DNA from: a virus
Length of the DNA: 64,000 bases
Direction: 5' to 3' (one strand)
IMG/VR virus record: IMGVR_UViG_3300023174_003073
Coordinates: 1-64,000 of that record
The position numbers were made by a program, and so were the translations under genes. How positions within the stretch are numbered: the stretch's first letter is position 1; each line of letters starts with the position of its first letter. The notes under the pieces were generated by a model. That model worked only from the letters and a program-made list of their open reading frames with translations. It was not told the origin of the DNA and made no database searches. Below are positions 1 to 6,293 of the stretch, one piece after another.

Positions 1-108
1 GACATTTTTTCCTGTAAAGAGTATAATATCGAAACAGCAAAAGAAGTTGTAAGGGAATATTTTGGTGCTACTAAAATGAAATCAACCTTCATTGAGCGCC
101 AAGCATAA
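1..108 (+). CDS. speD: S-adenosylmethionine decarboxylase, C-terminal fragment (runs off the window)
   Basis: Frame 1 reads DIFSCKEYNIETAKEVVREYFGATKMKSTFIERQA*. The D-[IV]-F-S-C-K motif and terminal R are typical of the AdoMetDC C-terminus. Confidence 0.7.
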   Translation, partial: DIFSCKEYNIETAKEVVREYFGATKMKSTFIERQA

Positions 109-112
109 ATTT

Positions 113-187
113 CCGGCGTTAGTATAATGGATAATACAGCGGTCTTCTACACCGTGAATGTGGGTTCGATTCCTGCACGCCGGACCA
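113..187 (+). tRNA. tRNA-Arg(TCT)
   Basis: Acceptor CCGGCGT/ACGCCGG, anticodon loop CTTCTAC, T-loop TTCGATT, encoded CCA. Confidence 0.93.
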
Positions 188-188
188 A

Positions 189-767
189 TTACTTAATAAA
201 TAATTGCCAATCTTCCATACTATAATGATAGTTTTCTAATATATCTAGCATTTTGATAAAAACTATCATTGTCTTTTTATGACCGGCAAGTTCAGTTCGT
301 GTATGCGTGATTTTTCTCTCTACTATTGCTTGTAGAAAGTTTTCACCTTCTTTTTTCAATTTGATTTTTTTACTAACGATGTTTAATTTTCGTATAGTGT
401 TCTCGCATTCATTGATGGCACCAGTAGTGTTTCTCTGAGCCTCATATATGTCAAGTTTCATCTTTAATATTAAATCATCAAATTCTGGGTTTATCTGTAA
501 AGTATGATGCGATATCATATTAGCAAGTCTACCTAAAATTTCATTCTCAATGCCGGCTTCTTCATAATGTTCGCCGGTTGAATCATAGTGTGAACGTTTC
601 GTTGGATCACTTAGTATTTCATATGCTAACTTGATTTTTTTGAATTTCTCTTCGGATCCCCCTTTATCAGGGTGGTGTGTTTGGGCTAGTGTTCTATATT
701 TTTGTTTGATTTCATCAGGAGTGCATGTAGGTGACAATCCAAGTTCTTCATATAAGGTAGTATCCAT
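189..767 (-). CDS. J-domain (DnaJ-type) co-chaperone
   Basis: N-terminal LYEELGL...HHPDKGG...AYEILSD J-domain with HPD motif, followed by a helical C-terminus. Confidence 0.9.
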   Translation of the reverse strand: MDTTLYEELGLSPTCTPDEIKQKYRTLAQTHHPDKGGSEEKFKKIKLAYEILSDPTKRSHYDSTGEHYEEAGIENEILGRLANMISHHTLQINPEFDDLILKMKLDIYEAQRNTTGAINECENTIRKLNIVSKKIKLKKEGENFLQAIVERKITHTRTELAGHKKTMIVFIKMLDILENYHYSMEDWQLFIK

Positions 768-805
768 AACGTATTTATCGTGTTGTGTTTTTGCAACAAC
801 AACGG

Positions 806-939
806 TTTACAACAAATACGTTTGGTGTTATACTATCTTTAATGAGTTGAGAGATTGATTCAAAGGTAAGTTGAAGATTCTAAGTGACGTAGAAATACAA
901 CACAAAAGAATTGACGATAAATCTGTTTAGATGTATAAT
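806..939 (+). promoter_or_regulatory. Tandem sigma70-type promoters upstream of the ncRNA/tRNA block
   Basis: TTTACA(806)-17-TATACT(829) and TTGACG(911)-17-TATAAT(934), each followed by TTTAATGAGTTGAGA. Confidence 0.75.
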
Positions 940-963
940 ACATTTAATGAGTTGAGAAAGCAG

Positions 964-1200
964 GTTGTTTCAAACAGCAAGACACGCTAGCAATAGCAAA
1001 AAGTCAAGCAGGAAACATTAAATGAGTTTGTGACTCAGCCTAAACTACTCTGAGACCGCTGAGGAACAGTGGTATCACAAGGGACCCATGTCAACATGGG
1101 TCCTCAGAGTATAAAGCAGAGGGAGAAAGTTCCCCGAGGCTGGCAGTTGAAAAATTACTGCCAAATGATTAAACAACGCAGTCGATTGAGACTAGTTGTA
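964..1200 (+). ncRNA. Candidate multibranched structured ncRNA (unassigned)
   Basis: No credible ORF. Helices include TACTCTGAG/CTCAGAGTA, GGACCCATG/CATGGGTCC, CAGCCT/AGGCTG, GGCAGT/ACTGCC and GTTGTTT/AAACAAC. Confidence 0.55.
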
Positions 1201-1250
1201 ATGTTCGTTAAAATTTTAATTTTTCGTATAGCCCTGTTTAAGTTACAGGG

Positions 1251-1483
1251 ACTATATGAAAACACATTAGGGTTACCTAGTCCGTTAGGGGTGAACGAAG
1301 GTTGATACGAACCGGATACCCATGAAGCAGGAGGGTTCTAGAGTATGACGAGACACCATCGAGTCAAAGGGCAAGAACTATACCAAACTCCAGGGAGGCG
1401 ACGGAACAACTAGGCACGTAATGAGGTCTTGACGCAAGTTGGTGATGAGTGTCAAAAACTTCCCTAATGTATTTTCATATAGT
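1251..1483 (+). ncRNA. Long-stem ncRNA cassette A
   Basis: 22-bp closing stem ACTATATGAAAACACATTAGGG / CCCTAATGTATTTTCATATAGT (1 mismatch), with inner CCTAGT-CCGTT / GACGG-ACTAGG helix. Confidence 0.6.
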
Positions 1484-1485
1484 AG

Positions 1486-1568
1486 TTATATGTAAACATG
1501 CTTCAGCGGGATAGCCCGTGTTGGATAGTTTCTGTTTAGTACAGTATCCGAAGTGTGTTTTCATATAG
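1486..1568 (+). ncRNA. Long-stem ncRNA cassette B
   Basis: TTATATGTAAACATGCTTC / GAAGTGTGTTTTCATATAG stem enclosing two small hairpins. Confidence 0.55.
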
Positions 1569-1571
1569 TAT

Positions 1572-1646
1572 GCTCGGGTCGTCTATCGGTTAGGACACAT
1601 GCCTTTCACGTATGTAAGAGGGGTTCGATTCCCCTTCCGAGTACCA
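1572..1646 (+). tRNA. tRNA-Glu(TTC)
   Basis: Cloverleaf, loop CTTTCAC, TTCGATT, ACCA end. Confidence 0.95.
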
Positions 1647-1651
1647 AATAT

Positions 1652-1730
1652 GCACCGCTAGCTCAGTCTGGCCTAAGGCGCCGCCCTGTCACGGCGGAGA
1701 TCACGGGTTCGAATCCCGTGCGGTGCGCCA
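1652..1730 (+). tRNA. tRNA-Asp(GTC)
   Basis: GCACCGC/GCGGTGC acceptor, loop CTGTCAC, GCCA end. Confidence 0.95.
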
Positions 1731-1735
1731 AATAT

Positions 1736-1827
1736 GTTGAGTTGGATGAGTGGTTTAAATCAACACCCTGCTAAGGTGTCGCCTGTAGTAATATGGGCCG
1801 TGGGTTCAAATCCCACACTCAACGCCA
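1736..1827 (+). tRNA. tRNA-Ser(GCT)
   Basis: Long variable arm, loop CTGCTAA, G discriminator plus CCA. Confidence 0.95.
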
Positions 1828-1842
1828 GAGTTAAATAAAGTT

Positions 1843-2358
1843 ATGAAAGAATTTTACGATACAAAAGATTTTCCCTTTGTCAAAGAGTTTGAAAACAATT
1901 GGGAAAAGATATACAATGAATGTAAGAACATTCAGCCTTGGATGATTAATTGGCCAATGAACGCACAAGACAATACTAATTGGAATGTGTTTGGATTGTA
2001 TTCTTGGCCTGACGGTAATCCAGTAGAATTACATTGCAGTGCGTGTCCATTCACTGCTAATTTGATAAATTCAGTTGTACCTAATCATAGGACAGCATCG
2101 TTTTCAAAACTGAAAGCAAATTCAGTTATCAAGCCTCATGTGGGTTACAACGGTGATGTATTAAGAATGCATTTAGGATTGTATATACCTGAAGGTGATT
2201 GTGCAATTAAAGTAGGTAACAGTACTTTTAATTGGAAGAACGGAGAAGCATTAGTATTTGATGACAGACTAATGCATGAGACTTGGAACAACACAAATGA
2301 AGATAGATTAGTTTTTATCATTGACTTTGTACCTGACTTCAAGTTAGAATCTCTATAA
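1843..2358 (+). CDS. Aspartyl/asparaginyl beta-hydroxylase family 2OG-Fe(II) oxygenase
   Basis: IKPHVG...LRMHLGLYIP...FDDRLMHETWN..RLVFIID motifs. Confidence 0.88.
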   Translation: MKEFYDTKDFPFVKEFENNWEKIYNECKNIQPWMINWPMNAQDNTNWNVFGLYSWPDGNPVELHCSACPFTANLINSVVPNHRTASFSKLKANSVIKPHVGYNGDVLRMHLGLYIPEGDCAIKVGNSTFNWKNGEALVFDDRLMHETWNNTNEDRLVFIIDFVPDFKLESL

Positions 2359-2362
2359 GAAC

Positions 2363-2547
2363 GTTCTAGCGTCACTAGATACTCTGACCCGGAGGATGAG
2401 AAGTACAATGACATGTACGGGTGGTACACTTTAAACCGAAAGTGCGTTAGCAATACGATAACGGTCCCTGTCGGGAAGCGGGTGGAGGGTGCATGTGATG
2501 ACTCCAAAGGTTTGATGCACTATAATTACCGCCGAGGGATGCAGAGC
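2363..2547 (+). ncRNA. Candidate ~185-nt structured ncRNA (unassigned)
   Basis: Closing helices GTTCT/AGAGC and GCGTC/GATGC. Inner helices GTACA/TGTAC, CACTTT/AAAGTG, GTGCAT/ATGCAC. GC-rich relative to the genome. Confidence 0.5.
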
Positions 2548-2555
2548 ATTTATAT

Positions 2556-2633
2556 GTCTCGGTACCAGAGTGATTTAATGGCTCCGCCTGCAAAGCGGCT
2601 GATTCGTAGGTTTGAATCCTACCCGAGACTCCA
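2556..2633 (+). tRNA. tRNA-Cys(GCA)
   Basis: GTCTCGG/CCGAGAC acceptor, loop CTGCAAA, U discriminator plus CCA. Confidence 0.92.
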
Positions 2634-2653
2634 AGTTTTTAAAGGAGAACATT

Positions 2654-2782
2654 GTGGCGCACAAGCAACAAGGTATTCTAACACGTAGTCCTCAATGGTG
2701 GAAACACCTTAGAGATTGGAAGCGAGTGTTCTGGAAATCAGAACGACAAGCACAAAAGAGAAATTTTAACAAAGGTGAATGA
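2654..2782 (+). CDS. Small basic hypothetical protein (42 aa, not in the ORF track)
   Basis: AAGGAG RBS, GTG start, MAHKQQGILTRSPQWWKHLRDWKRVFWKSERQAQKRNFNKGE. Confidence 0.6.
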   Translation: MAHKQQGILTRSPQWWKHLRDWKRVFWKSERQAQKRNFNKGE

Positions 2783-2870
2783 CATGAAACGTAGTAAACG
2801 TTAGTGTCATCTTTAGACTTCCATGTATGGTCTAGGGATGGCACGTAAAAGAAAATCTAATACGTACTAT

Positions 2871-2945
2871 CCCTTCGAGGTGTTATGGTAGCATACTCGG
2901 CTCTTACCCGATGAGGCGTCAGTTCGACTCTGACTGAAGGGACCA
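2871..2945 (+). tRNA. Atypical tRNA, anticodon CTT (Lys)
   Basis: CCCTTCG/TGAAGGG acceptor, loop CTCTTAC, TTCGACT, ACCA. It has A at position 8 and a mismatch at the top of the anticodon stem. Confidence 0.8.
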
Positions 2946-2951
2946 ATTCAT

Positions 2952-3027
2952 GGAAGCATAACTCAATGGCTAGAGTACCCGGCTTTTAACCGGATAGTTG
3001 TGGGTTCGAGTCCCACTGCTTCTACCA
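2952..3027 (+). tRNA. tRNA-Lys(TTT)
   Basis: Loop CTTTTAA, TTCGAGT, ACCA. Confidence 0.95.
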
Positions 3028-3110
3028 TATAAAAACACATTGAATACTAACTGCGACATCCATCGAAAGGTTAGTAGAAGTCTTGCAAGCCAGTGTGTTT
3101 CTATATGGTA
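3023..3110 (+). ncRNA. Long-stem ncRNA cassette C
   Basis: 20-bp stem TACCATATAAAAACACATTG / CAGTGTGTTTCTATATGGTA, inner TACTAAC/GTTAGTA. Confidence 0.6.
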
Positions 3111-3191
3111 GTTATATAAAAACATATTTGACTAAACTCGGGTTCATCCGTGATAGCAATTGCTACTATATCAAATGTGTTTCTATATGGT
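3111..3191 (+). ncRNA. Long-stem ncRNA cassette D
   Basis: GTTATATAAAAACATATTTGA / TCAAATGTGTTTCTATATGGT stem with two inner hairpins. Confidence 0.55.
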
Positions 3192-3199
3192 AAAAATTT

Positions 3200-3285
3200 G
3201 GAGGTGTAGGAAAATTGGTAACCCCAGTGGACTGTAAATCCGCCGCCCCTGTGCATTGTTGGTTCGACCCCAGCCACCTCCACCA
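3200..3285 (+). tRNA. tRNA-Tyr(GTA)
   Basis: GGAGGTG/CACCTCC, loop CTGTAAA, long variable arm, ACCA. Confidence 0.94.
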
Positions 3286-3288
3286 AGT

Positions 3289-3505
3289 TTTGTAAGTGTT
3301 AGCAAGTGAAATCACGCTATTCAGTATTCTTCGAAGGTTCTGTATAGTAGAAGGTTGCGGGTTCGATGCCCGACTGGTCGCTTGAGTGGGACCGGTATAC
3401 ATGATGGCGTATCAGCTGGATGAATCCCAAGTAACGTACCGACTACTGTCCGGACTTGTATAATCAGTTGAATGGTGCTAATAATGTGGTAGCACTACTT
3501 ACAAA
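3289..3505 (+). ncRNA. Candidate ~215-nt structured ncRNA with a T-arm-like hairpin
   Basis: Closing TTTGTAAGT/ACTTACAAA, plus CGGG-TTCGATG-CCCG, ACTGGTC/GACCGGT and GGTGCTA/TAGCACT. Confidence 0.5.
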
Positions 3506-3558
3506 TTAAATAAATTATTCGCAAAAAGTATAAATACAGTGTTAATGAGGAAAATCTA

Positions 3559-3951
3559 ATGTATAAATTTTTACACAGCTATTATCATCCTGAAGGACAT
3601 CCTATAGCAAGAATATTAAATTCATATGAAATTAAATTTTGGGAATTTTTGCAAAATTGCTGGAATATTCCAGGATTAGAACCTGTAATAGAGTTCTTTA
3701 GAAGTGAAGATTACACCACTGAAGCTATTACATGGAGTTGGGAAACTAAAGAAAAATATGATGAATGGATTACAGTAGCCGGTAGCAAATGGAGTTCTGC
3801 ACTAGTACTTGGTGAAATTTACAGCGACTCGGTTGGAGTAACGCAAACTCATAATCTTCCTGATTATAATGTAGAGCCAGCAGCCGATATGATAGCAACA
3901 ACAGTTGAAGATGTAATGTTGGATTATGGTAAATCTCAAATTACTCAGTAA
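3559..3951 (+). CDS. Hypothetical protein
   Basis: 130-aa ORF, GAGG RBS, TATAAATA late-promoter motif upstream. Confidence 0.75.
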   Translation: MYKFLHSYYHPEGHPIARILNSYEIKFWEFLQNCWNIPGLEPVIEFFRSEDYTTEAITWSWETKEKYDEWITVAGSKWSSALVLGEIYSDSVGVTQTHNLPDYNVEPAADMIATTVEDVMLDYGKSQITQ

Positions 3952-4514
3952 TCTATTATATATTCTTTAAAAATTAATTTAGCAGTACCCATTGGAATTA
4001 TATTACCATCAAAGTCATGTAGTACCATAGTCAATGATCTTCTTATACCACCAAACGTAATCATTTGATGGGGGATCCCTACTTGAATTAAACTAGGTAA
4101 TCCGATTTTATTAGAATATATTTTCTCTAATTTGTAACGTTCAAATACTGTATATTTTCTTATAACATTTTCGGGTGCATCACTGTTTTCCATGATATCA
4201 GCATCTACTGGTATGTTTGCTTTGTAATTATACCAAGACATTTCGTGATGCTCTCCCCATACCCAAATTAATTTTGACATATCACCAGTACCATGCAAAT
4301 CTGAATGGATTGGTCCTGGTTGATACGCATCCCCGTATACATCATAAAAACTAGAAATTGTAGTAATGACAATGCCCTTAGTTTTTAAAAAATCTAATAA
4401 TTTTGGTTCGATAAATTCTACAGGAATTAAATTCCAACCTTCTTTTGGTAAGTCATCCATAGGAATTTTTAATGGGTTTAAATCTAATTTTAAGTTAATG
4501 CATAAATCATTCAT
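3945..4514 (-). CDS. Hypothetical protein, possible cupin/2OG oxygenase fold
   Basis: IHSD...IPHQ gives an HxD..H pattern; TAAATA upstream. Confidence 0.6.
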   Translation of the reverse strand: MNDLCINLKLDLNPLKIPMDDLPKEGWNLIPVEFIEPKLLDFLKTKGIVITTISSFYDVYGDAYQPGPIHSDLHGTGDMSKLIWVWGEHHEMSWYNYKANIPVDADIMENSDAPENVIRKYTVFERYKLEKIYSNKIGLPSLIQVGIPHQMITFGGIRRSLTMVLHDFDGNIIPMGTAKLIFKEYIIDY

Positions 4515-4552
4515 ATAATATTACCTATAGCAATATTTATTATAAGTAAAAG

Positions 4553-5092
4553 ATGTTTAATAAAGATAGTTTCAGTAACGGACAAATTGATAGCAAGTTA
4601 TGGCTATGCCGAGAACTAGAGAATTTAGGTTGGACGTCTGACCTAACACATATCTATGGTGGTTGGTATGGCGTACTTGCTTTTTTGTTATTAACTAGAG
4701 AGAAATTTGTTGTCAATCGTATTAATAGTTTTGACATTGATCCAGAATGTGAATCAATAGCAGATATGATTAATAATAACTATGTTTTCAAAGAATGGAA
4801 GTTTAAAGCACATACCAGTGATTGCAATACTATGATTAGCAATGCAGATTTGATTATCAACACATCCAGCGAACATTTTGAAACAATGGATTGGTTTGAT
4901 AATATTAAATCAGGAACAAGAGTTATCATACAAGGTAATGACATGGATCACGATGACCATGTTGTTCATAGTGATACACTAGAAAAATTTATAAAGCAGT
5001 ATCCATTAAGTGAAATTGCATATCAAGGTGAGTTAGAATTCATTTACCCTGATTGGAACTTTCATAGATATATGCTTATTGGTAAAAAATAA
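4553..5092 (+). CDS. Putative class I SAM-dependent methyltransferase-like protein
   Basis: HIYGGWYG glycine loop, SFDIDP, DLIINTSSEH. Confidence 0.65.
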   Translation: MFNKDSFSNGQIDSKLWLCRELENLGWTSDLTHIYGGWYGVLAFLLLTREKFVVNRINSFDIDPECESIADMINNNYVFKEWKFKAHTSDCNTMISNADLIINTSSEHFETMDWFDNIKSGTRVIIQGNDMDHDDHVVHSDTLEKFIKQYPLSEIAYQGELEFIYPDWNFHRYMLIGKK

Positions 5093-5093
5093 T

Positions 5094-5167
5094 GTCTTGG
5101 TGGTGTAATGGCAGCATAGCGGTCTCCAAAACCGTTTGTGGGGGTTCGAGTCCCTCCCGGGACGCCA
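5094..5167 (+). tRNA. tRNA-Trp(CCA)
   Basis: Loop CTCCAAA, TTCGAGT, GCCA. Confidence 0.94.
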
Positions 5168-5168
5168 A

Positions 5169-5375
5169 TTATAAGTTATTGAATTCAGGTCCTGCTAGAA
5201 TGAAAGGTTTTTCTTCTAGTATAACGTCATTGACGTATTCTTGTTTCACTATTTGAAACAATGGATTCAAAACAAATTCATTAGGAAGTACCCAAGACAG
5301 TTTAGGATCGTAAGGATCTTTACTAAATGTTTGATATAAAACTTCTACTGTCTGGCGTTGCTCAAATGGAATCAT
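5169..5375 (-). CDS. Hypothetical protein
   Basis: 68-aa ORF filling an inter-tRNA gap, TAAATA upstream. Confidence 0.6.
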   Translation of the reverse strand: MIPFEQRQTVEVLYQTFSKDPYDPKLSWVLPNEFVLNPLFQIVKQEYVNDVILEEKPFILAGPEFNNL

Positions 5376-5390
5376 ACAGTATTTATTAAT

Positions 5391-5483
5391 GCCCCTGTAG
5401 TTTAACGGTTAAAACGGCGGATTTATATCCCGTAAGCAACAGATAATTGGTTCATGTGAGTTCGATTCTCGCCGGGGGTACCA
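5391..5483 (+). tRNA. Atypical tRNA, anticodon TAT (Ile), long variable region
   Basis: GCCCCTG/CGGGGGT acceptor, GCGGA-TTTATAT-CCCGT, ~22-nt variable region, TTCGATT, ACCA. Confidence 0.75.
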
Positions 5484-5526
5484 AATAGTTTGACAACATA
5501 TAGTAAATGCTATATACTATGTATAT

Positions 5527-5601
5527 GCGGTGTTAGCTCAGTGGTAGAGCAGGGCCCTCATAAGACCTTGGTCGTTGGATCGTTCCCAACACACCGCACC
5601 A
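5527..5601 (+). tRNA. tRNA with CAT anticodon (elongator Met or Ile2)
   Basis: GCGGTGT/ACACCGC, loop CTCATAA, atypical T-loop ATCGTTC, ACCA. Confidence 0.88.
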
Positions 5602-5612
5602 AATTTTATATT

Positions 5613-6029
5613 ATGGACTTATCAAAAGAAGATGCCGACAAACGTAATAGTTTACCTTATCCAATGGAACTAGGTAGCCCTGCTTTTGCACCTGTCGATG
5701 TTTTTAAAGAAAAGGACATAATACACAATGCTGGCAAACTTCATGCTCAACAAGAGTATGATAGAATCATGGAACAAGTTGAAGTTCTAAAGCGTCAGGC
5801 TGATAGTTTGGCACATAGAATGAAAATAAGTGACATGATGTATAATATCAGTATTACCTTTAAGCCTGTACATGGTAAGATTTATTATGTATACTTAGAC
5901 ACAATTAAGAATGTTCATTGGGTGTCAATGAATCATCCTAACAGTTGGTCAGCACTAGGTATACATCATAAATTTGCAGTTGCTGTTCAACTAATGGGTG
6001 ACAGTAATTGGCAAGAAGTTGAGTTATAA
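5613..6029 (+). CDS. DUF2452-like protein
   Basis: Start moved to MDLSKE, after the tRNA. LPYP..LGSPAF, a coiled coil, FKPVHGKIYYVY and D..W resemble DUF2452. Confidence 0.65.
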   Translation: MDLSKEDADKRNSLPYPMELGSPAFAPVDVFKEKDIIHNAGKLHAQQEYDRIMEQVEVLKRQADSLAHRMKISDMMYNISITFKPVHGKIYYVYLDTIKNVHWVSMNHPNSWSALGIHHKFAVAVQLMGDSNWQEVEL

Positions 6030-6188
6030 AGAACGAATGAAGTAAATTGCTGATTCGGTATCAGTAAAGTATTTCATTCTGATTGAGAAAGTGTAAATAT
6101 CATGTACGATGATGTAACAGGTGGAATCGTTACTCATTGAAAGATGGATGAACAATCCTGAATCAGTGATAGCATCGTAAGTGTGCAT
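6024..6188 (-). CDS. Small hypothetical protein (54 aa)
   Basis: MHTYDAITDSG... start outside the tRNA, ATAAATAC upstream. Confidence 0.55.
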   Translation of the reverse strand: MHTYDAITDSGLFIHLSMSNDSTCYIIVHDIYTFSIRMKYFTDTESAIYFIRSL

Positions 6189-6200
6189 AAAAGTATTTAT

Positions 6201-6274
6201 GCGGGGTTCGTATAGTGGTAATACCTTAGCCTTCCAAGCTAATGCTGAGAGTTCGATTCTCTTACCCCGCTCCA
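6201..6274 (+). tRNA. tRNA-Gly(TCC)
   Basis: GCGGGGT/ACCCCGC, loop CTTCCAA, TCCA. Confidence 0.95.
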
Positions 6275-6293
6275 GATTATTAATAGAGCAAAC

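Noticed and set aside
2363-2547. Hammerhead, tmRNA, RNase P or cobalamin riboswitch identity
   Set aside because: The required cores (CUGAUGA..GAAA, tRNA-Ala-like ends, GAGGAAAGUCC, B12 box) are not present by eye, so the element is left unassigned.
1251-3191. CRISPR array interpretation of the repeated ATAT/AAACAC motifs
   Set aside because: The repeats are inverted pairs around inserts of unequal length, not direct repeats with uniform spacers, and no cas gene is in the window.
1553-3402. Short ORFs 1553-1774, 2413-2688, 3101-3286 and 3166-3402
   Set aside because: They overlap tRNA genes or structured RNA on either strand and are translation artefacts. The same applies to 7850-8107, 8339-8551, 9214-9414 and 12024-12245.
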